A stretch of 64,000 nt of DNA from Albugo candida (Eukaryota): assembly GCA_040437565.1 (NCBI GenBank), contig JBDOQK010000049.1, forward strand, positions 62,001 to 126,000. The letters are read 5' to 3'. The notes below the pieces were generated by a model. That model was not told where the DNA came from and searched no databases. It saw only the letters and a program-made list of their open reading frames with translations. How positions within the stretch are numbered: the first letter of the stretch is position 1; every line of letters starts with the position of its first letter. The position numbers and the translations under genes are program-made. Shown here in pieces: positions 46,894 through 59,878 of the stretch.

Positions 46894-48419
46894 ATGAACC
46901 ACCGAATCAGCTTTCTCTTATTTATACTATTCGGTTTCCATGCCAAGCTTTATAGCAGCAGCCCGATTACAATTCAAGGCTACAAAATGTTCGATGCGGC
47001 CGGGAATTATTTTCCAGTCCGCGGGATGGACTACTTTCCACGTCCGAACAGTGGACCTTTGAATGAGAACAACTACGACTGGTTCACGGATGACCACATT
47101 GACGTCTGGAGAGATCACATCGCCGAATTTAAGGCGCTCAACGTTAACTCCATTCGATTATACGCTGTAGATCCAACGAAGAGCCATGACAAGTTTATGT
47201 GTGCGCTCGAAGCAGCCGGAATCTACGCAATTGTGGATCTAGCCGCTAGGTTCGCCCCATCTCTCATTTTATTCATCGCTCATTTCTAATCGCTTACAGT
47301 TGCGAGAATTGCGCAATTACCAAGGATATCGCTCCCACCTGCTATCCGAAAGAGCTGAAAAGCAGAGGAGAGTTAATCATTGCCGCGTTTGCAAAGTATC
47401 AAAATGTGTTGGTACGTATTCGCAACAATCGGTCAACTTTCATTGTTAACATATGTCTTTAGGGATTCAGTGCTGGTAACGAAGTTAATCTGGTTGTCTC
47501 GGATTGGACAATAAACGCATCATGCCAGAAAAAATTCATTCGTGACATGAGAAATTACATCCAATCATGTTCCTCCTCCATGCGGTCCATTCCCGTCGGG
47601 CTCGCGGTCGCCGACACGGACCGCATTGCAAACGCACAGTATTACAATTGCAGGACCAATGCGTCAGACACTTTGGAGAACGCGGAATGGTTTGGGCTGA
47701 ATGCGTACTTGTTTTGCGATGGAACGTACAACGATCGGAAGACACCACATCCCGGATTCAGTGGTCTTTTGAAAGATATACAAAGTGCCGAGCCTTCTAT
47801 TCCGATGCTACTCACGGAGTATGGATGTTTGGATGCGAGTTTCCCATCAGCTGGAGAACATGCTGCACAGAGAACATGGATTCAAACCGCTTGGCTGCAC
47901 AGCTCGCTGTTTCGCGAGTATTTTAATGGAGGTTTTGTGTTTGAGTTCTCTACGGAGAAAGCAAATTCACAATCGACATCCAATTTCCCATTCACATCGT
48001 TTGGGCCACAAAATTACGGCACGGGGTACTTTTCACCATCCGAATGTGATCACGACAAGATAAAGTGCACGTTCGTGCGTCAGCCAAACTTTTACAATCT
48101 ATCGAATGAGTTTGGCCAGGTTTCTATCGCCCAGGAACCAAGTAAAAATGCATTCACACCGTCCACAAGCCGATCAAAACCTCCATCGTGTCCCCCGAAA
48201 TCACCATCGCTCTCATCTGTTTCATGGAATGGTGTAGAACAAGTCAAAAGTCTTGCTTGTCCGTCAAATGCCAAGAGCTTCCAGTGCACTGCCACGTCAC
48301 TCACGAAGGAGACGGCGCAGGCTGGTCAATCTCCCAACAAAAAGTCAAATGTAGGTTCCATCACATTCGCTCCACACGCATTGTTCCTCATCCTTCCGTT
48401 CATGATCCTCATGATGTAG
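46894..48419 (+). CDS. GH72 beta-1,3-glucanosyltransferase (Gas/Gel-like), secreted and probably GPI-anchored; introns 47250-47299 and 47412-47462
   Basis: Signal peptide; FPVRGMDY, LNVNSIRLYAVDP..SHDKFMCAL..AGIY, GFSAGNEV (acid/base Glu), LLTEYGC (nucleophile) and GGFVFEF; hydrophobic C-terminal tail. Confidence 0.9.
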
Positions 48420-49044
48420 TGCTGATACTCATATTTATTTTGGACCAATGAGATCTTGATGCAATTATCGACGTCGATGTAGGAGGTATATATAAGAGTT
48501 GGTGCATGTAATCTCATTCAGTACACCGTTTGATTGACGCTGTTGTTATCGCGATTATTTGTACTCTGCTTCGATGGTATAGTGCAAATTCCTCAACATT
48601 CTAATTAACAAAACGATTGAATTGGATACGTTGAAATAAACAGATTATATACGGGTCTATTCTAATTGTTTCCTAATTTGTATGTCGAAGGATCCCAGAG
48701 CTTGCAAGGAAGAGGTAGAGACGTCCATCGGAACAGCATACCAAGGCATTGTAAATAATATGATGTTGTATTTGTGGGATACTTTTGTTAAACGTGTATA
48801 TATGATCATTAGCCGGATTATATTGAAGAGTACTCGACATGTAATATTGGTTAGATAAGGACAGCAGGTATAGTGTGGTCCAATAATTAGTTTTGTAGAG
48901 TACCACACAATCCGTGATTGGTGTGCTNNNNNNNNNNNNNNNNNNNNNNNNNNNNNNNNNNNNNNNNNNNNNNNNNNNNNNNNNNNNNNNNNNNNNNNNN
49001 NNNNNNNNNNNNNNNNNNNNNNNNNNNGCTGAATTCAAGTAAAA

Positions 49045-49969
49045 ATGCAGCGAAACGCAACGCTTCCAAAAGAAGCGCTCAAAGAGAAGAACATGGACGG
49101 CAACAGTGTAATCAACCTTGCTTCAGTAGTAAAGTATCCATCCTCTAGTCAGTACGATCGATTACCTCCATTAAATCCCGATGATTTGCATCTGCCTCCG
49201 CCGCCTCCATCCGCCGCTGATAAAACTGTGCAGCAAAGCGATCACATCACAATCGGAGAAATATTTAAAGAGTTATACGAAAAGGCAAAGGAAATGTACG
49301 TTTGATCCACAAGTCATTTATAAGCGCTCACATCTCTAAAGTGTATTGGGCTCTACGCTATCGGACATTCTATCGATCATGCGGTGTTTCAATTACCTCA
49401 TTGCAATTTCTATGATCGCTCTTTGTGTCGTACAAGTTGTACAAATAAAGTCTGTATCTGTGGGTATTGGCAGCGCGCTATCCATTGTCTACACTATGTA
49501 AGTGCAAAATGCAGCATAGACCTCTTCTGACTATTTTGATATCAGTTTGTTTGCTTTATTGCTGTTTATCTATGAGATGCGAACGGAAGCCGCTGATCAG
49601 CTGATACGCATCCATTTTGGCTTCATGTACAACCCATACGGTCGATGCTTGTTTCTGATCATGTAAGACATGGCATTTGTGGAGATTATCGAGTTTATCC
49701 ATCTATTGTTCTGATTTGAACGTAGGATCTCCATATTCCCAGTAGGAATGCTCGGTGTGTACGGAGTGTTGGTATCCGTGATGGGCTTTCTCAATGCGTA
49801 TTTCAACTTTTTTGTGATAACAAAGGTTTGTTATAATTTTTCTGCTCTACATCACGCGGAGAGCTTACGTGTTATGTAGCATCCAAGTTTTACTCGTGGA
49901 ATACCAGAATACCAGCCACCACCGATACCGTCTTCACGCGCAGATATGAGAGCAAATATATCATTTTGA
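49045..49969 (+). CDS. COPI-associated / Tvp15-like multi-pass membrane protein, multi-exon
   Basis: Pro-rich N-terminus, several hydrophobic exons, LLFIYEMR...HFGFMYNPYGRCLFLI, and a last exon HPSFTRG...NISF stop. The 5' end abuts a gap. Confidence 0.6.
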
Positions 49970-50518
49970 ATCACGATACCGTAATAGATAGTAATATATT
50001 GCTGGAGCGGCTCAAATTGTTGAACGCATCTACTGGGGAGATATTGTTCGTCAACTCGAGACTCTATTTATGTCATTTGTCAACCATTGACGGGCGAGAG
50101 GGATGCTACTCGCGCGGTTCTGATCGAGATTGGCTTTGCACGAAAGATGGATCCGTGTTGGTATCAGCTAGTATTAGCTTAGCCATTTTCCTTTGACTTC
50201 GCAGATCGTGAGCTATGCTGCAAATCTAACAATTACATCACTCGTTTTGGCGCTTGTTTCCTCATTCTTGCGTTCATTGTGTCTCTGAGACACGTAGGTG
50301 AGAATGTTGAGTTATCGGAGCCATTCGGCGATTTTAATTTGGTCTGTATTCATTCTTACTCGGCTTGCTAGTCAGAACAAATATTCTCAACTGAAATGAG
50401 AAGTCTCTTTTTGACTTCCAAAGGTACGCAACCAACACCGGTAACAATCATCTTTGGACTTGACGTGGACTCATTGCATATCGTTGAATCCGTGGGCAGC
50501 TTGATCGAAATGATGGTT

Positions 50519-51340
50519 TCAGCTTTGATAACGCATTCCGCAGCAATCTTTTTGCCGAACTATTTCGACTCCATTGTACTTTTGCACGTCCGCTTCCTGA
50601 AACCTTCTTTTCAGAGTCGATTGCTGCTCTCTCAGCAAAAGATAGAGATCTCGATTGACATGAGTTGAATACTGAATCATTTCGCGCATCTCACAAAGGA
50701 CATCGCAGAGCTTTCCCAGAAACGGATTCATCGATTCTTCTGCTACCGTCGTCCTGGATTTTGTTGGCGGTACATAATTTGATGAATTTTCTTTAAAGGT
50801 ACTGTCCATTACGAGATTGTGCGCATCGTTATTTCTTTTTTGCGTTTTCTCGATCGATAATCCAACTTTTTCGAATTGTTTGCATTGTTTATAACGTTTC
50901 CCAGACGCAATGACCCTCAAATCGTCAATTTGAACTTGGGTAGTTGCTTTCTGCGTAGTCTGAAGAAGTCTTGTATTGATTGTGGTCTCCTCGGCACGAT
51001 CAGCTGATGTTGTTCGAATTGCGCTTCTGTCCTGAATTAATGTATTGAAAAAAGTTATTTTCTCGATATCCGTCAATTTAGTGTATTGTTCGAAATACAC
51101 AGAATGCTGCTGTTTCAGATGTCGTAACATATTATCCGTTCTCCACGGTCGCTTGTAGTAGGTCGACTTTTTGGCGCGTTTCCGCTGCCGATGACTATCG
51201 ATAGGAGAGGAATTCCGACCAAATTCACAGAACCGACACGTTAAGCTCGTGACTTCGTTCGCCTCTGAATCGTACGACATGATTTTTAATCCGAAACGCA
51301 GAATCCATTCCTCCTTGTATCGCGATTCCTTTTTCGCCAT
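50519..51340 (-). CDS. Hypothetical protein with N-terminal C2H2/BED-like zinc finger
   Basis: W...FGL...LTCRFC...RKR...WRTDNMLRHLKQQH (CxxC...HxxxxH); intronless ORF, with ATG taken at MAKKES. Confidence 0.55.
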   Translation of the reverse strand: MAKKESRYKEEWILRFGLKIMSYDSEANEVTSLTCRFCEFGRNSSPIDSHRQRKRAKKSTYYKRPWRTDNMLRHLKQQHSVYFEQYTKLTDIEKITFFNTLIQDRSAIRTTSADRAEETTINTRLLQTTQKATTQVQIDDLRVIASGKRYKQCKQFEKVGLSIEKTQKRNNDAHNLVMDSTFKENSSNYVPPTKSRTTVAEESMNPFLGKLCDVLCEMREMIQYSTHVNRDLYLLLREQQSTLKRRFQEADVQKYNGVEIVRQKDCCGMRYQS

Positions 51341-54300
51341 ATTTCTTCTTACCAAATAGTTCCAACAACTGTCAAATGTTGAAGTTGCCGTTCAATTAGT
51401 ACCTTTCTGTTACAATTCACATATAACTGTTGCGCAGTCTAAGACTTTGGTTCAGTTGAATGTGAATACTCAATTCCAATTTCATCACTCGAAACGAATT
51501 GTACGAGAATTGAGTTTTGTCAATGGAAAAAATGCAGGTAGAATATTCTATCTTGATCGGAATCAGCTCCCAGACTGCCGGGACATCTCGGTCTGTCAAA
51601 AGAAAGTCTTCTGTACTTCCAGATGAGCTAAGCCTCATTCTGCTTGTTCACCCAAGAAAGATATCTATGCTCTTATTTCTCCTGGAGATACATTTATTTA
51701 CTCCCCACATCCGCAAGTTATTTGCATGATTAAATAAGTGTAGTACAGATATGCTAGACACAGTATAGAGTAAGCACATTCAACATTATCAAGAATTATT
51801 ACAGTTGATCAAATTGACATATATGACTCAAATTGTGTGAGAACAATACAATCAGACACGCTTATATCCTACCAGAAAGTTTGCCACCAGATCTTGTACT
51901 GATGCATCCATCTACAATATGATAAATTTGATAGGTCTACACATAGTATCATATGGTACGACATCGCCTTCTACCCTCTCCGCATTGTAAGGTTGCAAAG
52001 TAAGGAAAGACTATCTTACGATAATTATCTATGCATAGGTGAATGAGCGGCAAGGTACCAGTGCGCACTACTGACAAGTTAACAGCATTTCTGTTATCGT
52101 ACAATCCTTACTCTTATTACGGGTCCGATAAAATATGACAAGATATGAATGGACGAGAATTCAGCGAGCTGTTAATTTTACTTGAAGAATAAAACGTTTT
52201 GAAGTGGTTCAGATTAGTTGCTGACAGATAGTTGAATCAGAAAGACAGGTTGTTTCAGAATCCTAGGTAAAATGGCTTGTTGTTGGGGTTGATGCTCATT
52301 TATAGGCAAGAGGGGAAGTGATTTTATCAGTAAGCTAAACGTACCCTAGTATTTTTTCTATACATAATTCTCTGAATCCCCCAATTCATGAGAAGCCAGG
52401 ATCACAGCTTGAACAATGTGTGAATCAAGAGTAAGTTCCAGCAAAGCACTCGACTTCAGAATGAGATGGATGAGCCAGAGCGTTCAGGTGATCACATGCT
52501 TATGCGTACTGTCCCCCGTAGAACTATGTGATGACCCCTTTGACTACTTCCAGTTACTCCATATCACATGAAAGCAGAGAAATTGCGTCGTGGGACTATA
52601 GAATAGCGAAGCACCGTTTTGTCGCAATGATTACAGGATATTGAAAGTGGGCATTAGCCAACTGGTAAATGCTTGAGTTTTCGGATTCAGACCTACAGTC
52701 TTGCTAAGAAAACGCTGCCGTGAAGTTGCTCACCAACTTATTGTAGCTCGAATTTCTTATTCCTGACTCAGCTTGCTCTTTGTGAATTATAAGCATATTG
52801 ACTTTTTTACCTGAATCCTTTGTCTCAACATGTTACTGTCACATGCGGCCAGAGACGAAAAGCCGTTATACATTGATTCGAGTCTTAATTGTCAATTCAG
52901 GGGGAGAATTTTATAAAGTAATTCTCAGGGAGAACAACTGATTTATCTTCCCTTTGAGTAACCAAATTCCCGCAATTTTTTAGCATTGCTGATAATCCAT
53001 CGATTCTTTTTCACCGAAAAATTGCTCTGCAGTTAGTATGATCAAAGTCCTGCTGCATCGGTACGGGTAAGGATGAAAATTGTTAGCATGCAAAAAGCTT
53101 TTGCCATTGTGTCTTTCTAATCATCATTAACTACATTTGTACCTTCTACCATTTTAAGTGCTTGCTCCTCCATCATCGAATTCATAAAATGAAATATCAC
53201 GTGATTATTTGTTCCATCTACGCTGCCAATAAATTATTCTCAGTTTTCATGAAAATCTGCTCGACCAACATGCAGATACGACTGCAGGTCATTTGGAATC
53301 GAGTAATAACATATGCGAAATAGCACTTACAGGTGACGCAGAGTAATACTGTATAAGTCTTTTGTTATTGAGCAAGAAGTATGAGTTGAGAGCATCCAAC
53401 TTACGAGGCTAAGTTATTCTACAAGGAAAGCGTTAGAGATACACAAAATCATTCTAGTATCTCCTATGCAACACATGATGAGTGCGCTCATCTATATGCG
53501 CATCGAGAAAAGCTTATTGACCCTGGAAAAAGACTTGCCGCTTCCCAAAGAGAAACCGTTAGAAATCAGACTCAGCAAACATTAGAAAACACCCGCAGTA
53601 ATGTGTAAAAGCGAGCCGCATTTTCGTCAAAGTGTTAGAGATCGTGGTCAGTAGCTTTATGTCGAATTACCTCAAGTTGCATGTAAACGAGAAATTCAGC
53701 CCGCTGTCAACATCAACGCGACTGTGTCCTGCCAAATCTTTGCTAACAACTCGAGTTCTGGTTTCTTGCTGCAACTTCGCTATGCTTCCATATTCAACCC
53801 TGAATCATCAATAACACGTCTAAGAGGTGTGTGGCCTCATACGATTTGGACAGCTCGTACTTGCTCTTTGGTTCGTATGATGCGCACCATGTAGAGAGCA
53901 GCAAAGTTGCTGTAGCCTTAAGAAATTGCTTCCATGAAAGGTGTTCCGACTGCAACTGAAACACGCATGTTGTGTATCCAACATAGCCTTTAGTACATTG
54001 AATTTCTTGATGTCTGACACTGCTCGCTACTCGGGAACATGATCACAATACAGATACACAACGAAGGGGTCAAGGCTTAGCTCATGATGATGGGCAATAA
54101 GGGTTGCCTAAAAATCTTCGGATTGTCTGCTACGATCGCGGCTAGTGTGTAGCATCCTTTCGCTAAGAAATCGAAGTCGCATTGTGGCACTCCTTCGATT
54201 ATTAACCTCATGTTGAGGCGTATAGAAAGGCACCCCAAATTCTCTGCATGGCTTGCCAAGATCCATACGTCGCAAAAGGTATTCAATTCGCTACATGACA

Positions 54301-56058
54301 CTCATACGATATCAAGTGTCAATGGCTCCCGTTTTCCCAAATATGTGAAAAATGGCTCAGAGAGCACCTTATCGTTAGCTCTTACTACAAAAACGGCGGG
54401 TAGCCGCTGGGATGCGCCATGAAGTATAGTCATTGTTCTCTGACGTTACCACATATTGACGAAATTGCAATAAGGTACTCGAGAAATGGAGCTCTATGTA
54501 GGAATTAAAGATCCATCGACAAAAATTGAATTGCTTCACTATAAGACTTAATATGGTGCCAGTCGCTAAATGACCTTGTCAGCACCGTATGAGTACAAAG
54601 GAATTATGTAAGAGAGACAAAACGCCGTTGTTGTGGAGCCCTGATTGAGTTTTGCTAGCCCGGTAGTTTACGCTAGCTTGTTTGTTTTCCAGACCTTAGG
54701 ATTCTTACCTGGTCATAGTTATTAATTCGAGTAGCAATCTTCTGGAGCATGAGAGAACATCAAAGCGTCACTTACACTGATACAGCTTGTTATCTGTGAT
54801 CGAAAACCCCATGAAATAAAGTACAATTCAACTTCCATAGGGAGCTTGGTTGGAAGCCCAAGCAGGTGCGCTTTATACGCCGCAGTATACTTTGCTTCGT
54901 ATTGTCTCCATCCTCAAATGAGCGTATTAGGGCAAAGTAGGAATGCTTTTCCATTGCGATAAACATTCACGCTGTTTTCATGCTCAGCGACCACTTGACC
55001 GTGACTCTTCACACGCTTGGTACATAAATGTGTCGATGTTGCCAATGTGCTTGTATTCCATCACCAGTGGCTTCATAGGTTTAAGATGAATACAATTGAT
55101 ATAACGTCTCATTTCCGTGTTTTTCGCCAAACTCAACGTATCTTTGCGGCATCGATCAGGAGCGATAGTAATCAAGTAAAAGTGACTGTGATCTGAACTG
55201 TCTTCGTATCAGCTACGCAATCGAGTGTTTCCATCCGAATAAGGCTTTCCATACCAAGATCCACGATCATTTACTGTTATTACATAGTAGACCATCCAGG
55301 CACTTGATTGCTCAGTATAAAGTCTCAACTACGATGAAATACGTGAATGCAAGCGCTAGTCTGTTGTTAATTTGAATGTGTTGTGTATTTGCATGTTGAA
55401 AAGAGGAAAGGTAGCATACGGACGATTCTGTCTCACAATGTCAGAATCGCACCCGACAGCAGATAAGTTTGATCAGCTCAAACAAGCGCAATGTGATCGA
55501 GACTATATAAACTCCATAGCCAACCTGACGCTACTTGGCTGGAGACCCAGTTTCGGTAGCATGTTTATTAGTTCTGTAGTCCGCAGGCACGTCAATAGTC
55601 GATCTTATGGCTATTGTTGACAGCACAATTCTCTGATCATAGTATCAAATCTTCCTGAAGATTACAGCACACATTGTATCGCTCGATTGAACAGAACTCG
55701 GCAGCAAACAACGTTCACTGCTTGAAAGTCGACGTTTCTGTGAATGTTACTCTGCGTTAAACTTCTTTGTGCGAACCAAAACAGAAATCATATGTGAGAA
55801 GCTCCTTTTGTTGTTTCTGCTGTGAAGTAAACGATATAAACAAGCAGCACCTAAAACTTTGAAACTTATAATTGAACGAATTGGTCTTCTTCGTGTTAAA
55901 AATGTAATGCCGTTTACGTTCAAATTGTATGATATCACTTTCATTAGTAGCTCTTCACTTCACAAAACGAATTCCTGCCACCACTGATACTCCTCGTAAC
56001 TATATAAACCCTCTAATATCTATTGAAATTCTCCTACATACTGTTCTCGCATTCAATC

Positions 56059-57627
56059 TCATGGCGTGGCTAAAGTCGGCGCAATTGACGGTAATCCGCT
56101 CCACACTTTTTGCTTGACACGATCCACTGTTCTCGTCGAAAAAAGCTCAAAAAATTCCGAATGTGTCGATCCAATGCACTCGTAGAAAACCGTATTTTGC
56201 GAAGTCGCCGCAGATGAATCGTGTGTTTCTCTTCGTCTACACGGCGGCGGATTTCGAGCATAAATGTATATTCGAAAGCAAAATGGAAACGTTTGCGCTG
56301 GTGATGATCGCGTCGCTTTCCTCTTCTTCTTAAGCACCGGTTCTACTTTCCACACATCCGGAAGGAAAAACCACGTGCTCTGAGTCACCGTCGCGTTTAC
56401 ATTCGATCCCATGGAGCTCTGTTGTCGATGATCTTCCATTTCGACCGCTTGGAAGCAATTGGCTCGTAATTCTTCAAATTCTGTCGATCGTAAACGAGTT
56501 TTTGGACTTGGTAGTGGTAGGAATTCCATTCGTTTTTGTCCGGAATGTATCATCGATTGTTGCTGTGGAACTCGTTCGAATCGACCCAAAACAATCAATT
56601 CTTGATGCGTTCCACCTGTATTCACACCTACGTCGGTGTCCGTTTTGCCGTCAAATTGGCTCAAAGCGGGGAATGGATCATCACCTTGAGAGTACATGCG
56701 CTTTAGTGGGAGAACAGATGGTGTACATATTGCAGAGGTTAAGGAGGAAGTACGTTGGAGCACTGGTTTCGTATGTTTCCGGTCCGTTTGGGCAAATAGA
56801 TGGCAATACACGGGACCACGACATACGCCCACACTTGAGTGCTTACGATTGTTGATCCGCATGGAGTAGAAATCAGTATGTTCAGGACACGCTGGGAAGC
56901 ATTGAAGATTTTTTCGACCATTTTTCCAATAGATTTTATTTAATTTCGTCACAATTTGCACCTTACAGATTCGAGGTAGTGAGGTGTGTTTGAGTACTTT
57001 CGACCCATTGAGAGTTCCTTCGGGCTGGGGTACGGAAGCGGGTGGCAGAGTTGGTTTTCGAAATTGGGCGTGCATGAGAGAAAGAGGCGTTGGAAACTTT
57101 GACGAAAACATTGGCGTTAAATTTTGCTTGGAACTTGCGTCCATTTGATACGAAAGTCGGCGGTACTTTTTCATAGTTCCATGACCAATGGCTTCCATAC
57201 GATATTGCTGATGAATTCCATTCGAATCGATTGTATGCTCCTGGAAAAGATCCAAGCTCCAATTGGTCAAGTCTACATCGTCAAAGAGATCCAGAGGCTC
57301 TTTCGGGATTGCATCCGTTTCCGAGGAATGGTCTTCACTCACGGAGTTGGATCGCGGTTTGAGGAGTTCCATGCATTCGGATAAACATTCGGCCAATTCA
57401 CACGAGTCTCGTTGTTCATGGTCATAAGTTGAGAAAGAAGCGTCTATCTCGCCTGATCCTAACGCGCACTCGAAATCGATACGCGGTGCAGTGTATTGAG
57501 GACAACTTTGAATTTCGTGAGGCGGCGATGGAAGCCATTCAAAGTTGGACTCATTCATCGAGGAAGGATGGGAAGGCACACGAGAAGTTTCACATGTAGG
57601 CCACCAATTGCTCTGGAGTGGATTCAT
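56059..57627 (-). CDS. Hypothetical 522-aa protein, possibly a nuclear regulator
   Basis: Long intronless ORF with an acidic, low-complexity N-terminus. Structured-looking blocks YWKNGRKNLQCFPACPEH, WFFLPDVW, KKKRK, FPFCFRIYIY and FFELFSTRT. Confidence 0.7.
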   Translation of the reverse strand: MNPLQSNWWPTCETSRVPSHPSSMNESNFEWLPSPPHEIQSCPQYTAPRIDFECALGSGEIDASFSTYDHEQRDSCELAECLSECMELLKPRSNSVSEDHSSETDAIPKEPLDLFDDVDLTNWSLDLFQEHTIDSNGIHQQYRMEAIGHGTMKKYRRLSYQMDASSKQNLTPMFSSKFPTPLSLMHAQFRKPTLPPASVPQPEGTLNGSKVLKHTSLPRICKVQIVTKLNKIYWKNGRKNLQCFPACPEHTDFYSMRINNRKHSSVGVCRGPVYCHLFAQTDRKHTKPVLQRTSSLTSAICTPSVLPLKRMYSQGDDPFPALSQFDGKTDTDVGVNTGGTHQELIVLGRFERVPQQQSMIHSGQKRMEFLPLPSPKTRLRSTEFEELRANCFQAVEMEDHRQQSSMGSNVNATVTQSTWFFLPDVWKVEPVLKKKRKATRSSPAQTFPFCFRIYIYARNPPPCRRRETHDSSAATSQNTVFYECIGSTHSEFFELFSTRTVDRVKQKVWSGLPSIAPTLATP

Positions 57628-58232
57628 CGAAGAAGAAAGCGCTTGATTGGGTGCAACTCGGAGGAATGAAGACTGAGTCCAATTGTGTGGAATTGAGGAA
57701 TGCTATTTGAGGCGTTTGTACACTCAAGTTACATGTATACTTGTCCTCAAACAAGCAAATGAAGATTTAGTTAAATGTTATTGCACGCGACAGGTCGTTT
57801 CGAACATGGCGCGTTCCATTTCGAAAAGTGGGTTCGACGGAAGACATGAATGGGTTCGGGAGACCCGGATCAATAGAATGCGGTTTATAAAAAGCGTTTG
57901 CGACGACCGAAACGTGTCTATCCTCCCGCCCTTGTCGCTGTAGCTCATATTTCTTGAGGTAATGTACGAGACGCGGCGCTTGTTTGTATTCGTAGGAGTT
58001 CGGATTCCGATCTTCGAAGAAATATGAGAAGGGTGTCCTAAACCCATTTAATAAAAAAAGAGTTCTTTGCATAGCAATTCTTCATTGAAGTATATGTGAG
58101 CATAAACAAGCAACACATGCTTAAATCAAGATAAATGACACGGATGGAGTTAGCAAAGGCATTGTATGCATGTGACATGAGAGTAAGACATTCTAAGTGG
58201 ACGTGTGTCTACCTGCATATAACACACCTTTA

Positions 58233-59878
58233 GTTATACACTGCGTATCATAAACGACAATACGAATCATTTGGATTCGTGACAGAAGCACGCCGTTGGT
58301 CGAGAATTCGGTCGTGCTTCATGATGTATACTACATGTATGCTGATCGACAGGAAGCGACATGAGGAGGTTGGTGCATAAAGACAAGTAGACACAATGTA
58401 TGCTGTATGTTGTCCTTGTTAAATAACTGCAGTTTCATTACAATAAAAACGGTATATTCAGTTTTAAAGGTATGACATAAATTAGGATATGCACACCATT
58501 CTAGTCACGTGAGGAATGAAGCAACTTGATGAGTCGCTCTACTCGTGACTCACAAACTGCAATTTCCTGCTTTGAGTATGACTTCCTCATCAACTTTTGG
58601 AGGTTTATAATTGCATCCAATAAATTTCTCTACAAAATTAATTGCAATTAATTGCCAAATGCCAGTATTTTCATACCTTGACCGCCCTGAGCAAAATCAT
58701 TTCCGTCGACGAGTTATTGAGATAACTATGCAAAGTCTCCATAACCATCGGTATTTCCTCTTCTACTTTCCTACAACTTTGCTCCAGCATTTTTTCCAGC
58801 GCATCTACATCTTCCTCGTCAAACACTTGAGCAATGCAATCCCTTCACATCACTCACGTGGTGGTGCCACTGTCGCATCCAATTTCATTCTCAAACGTGA
58901 GCATCGACTCCAAAGTTCGAGCAATGGTTTTGCCAATAATTTGAGAATCGTATCGATGAATATCGTACAGCTCAAAACGAGCTGTACGATATTCATCGAT
59001 ACGATTCTCAAATTATTGGCAAAACCATTGCTCGAACNNNNNNNNNNNNNNNNNNNNNNNNNNNNNNNNNNNNNNNNNNNNNNNNNNNNNNNNNNNNNNN
59101 NNNNNNNNNNNNNNNNNNNNNNNNNNNNNNNNNNNNNGTTATACACTGCGTATCATAAACGACAATACGAATCATTTGGATTCGTGACAGAAGCACGCCG
59201 TTGGTCGAGAATTCGGTCGTGCTTCATGATGTATACTACATGTATGCTGATCGACAGGAAGCGACATGAGGAGGTTGGTGCATAAAGACAAGTAGACACA
59301 ATGTATGCTGTATGTTGTCCTTGTTAAATAACTGCAGTTTCATTACAATAAAAACGGTATATTCAGTTTTAAAGGTATGACATAAATTAGGATATGCACA
59401 CCATTCTAGTCACGTGAGGAATGAAGCAACTTGATGAGTCGCTCTACTCGTGACTCACAAACTGCAATTTCCTGCTTTGAGTATGACTTCCTCATCAACT
59501 TTTGGAGGTTTATAATTGCATCCAATAAATTTCTCTACAAAATTAATTGCAATTAATTGCCAAATGCCAGTATTTTCATACCTTGACCGCCCTGAGCAAA
59601 ATCATTTCCGTCGACGAGTTATTGAGATAACTATGCAAAGTCTCCATAACCATCGGTATTTCCTCTTCTACTTTCCTACAACTTTGCTCCAGCATTTTTT
59701 CCAGCGCATCTACATCTTCCTCGTCAAACACTTGAGCAATGCAATCCCTTCACATCACTCACGTGGTGGTGCCACTGTCGCATCCAATTTCATTCTCAAA
59801 CGTGAGCATCGACTCCAAAGTTCGAGCAATGGTTTTGCCAATAATTTGAGAATCGTATCGATGAATATCGTACAGCTC
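58233..59878. repeat. Duplication across N-gap (58233-58973 = 59138-59878) plus fold-back at contig end, assembly artefact
   Basis: Exact copies with offset 905; a 59-bp inverted arm at 58979-59037 mirrors 58915-58973 and ends at the gap. Confidence 0.85.

Noticed and set aside
51400-56000. Gene-free 4.6-kb stretch as a hidden element or ncRNA locus
   Set aside because: Only short ORFs. I found no repeats, TIRs or recognisable RNA motifs by eye, so I cannot support a call.
58915-59037. Perfect 59-bp-arm hairpin resembling a small-RNA precursor or foldback element
   Set aside because: It ends exactly at the contig edge. The second copy of the locus (around 59820-59890) lacks it and continues as normal COG3 coding sequence, so it is a chimeric read or assembly fold-back.
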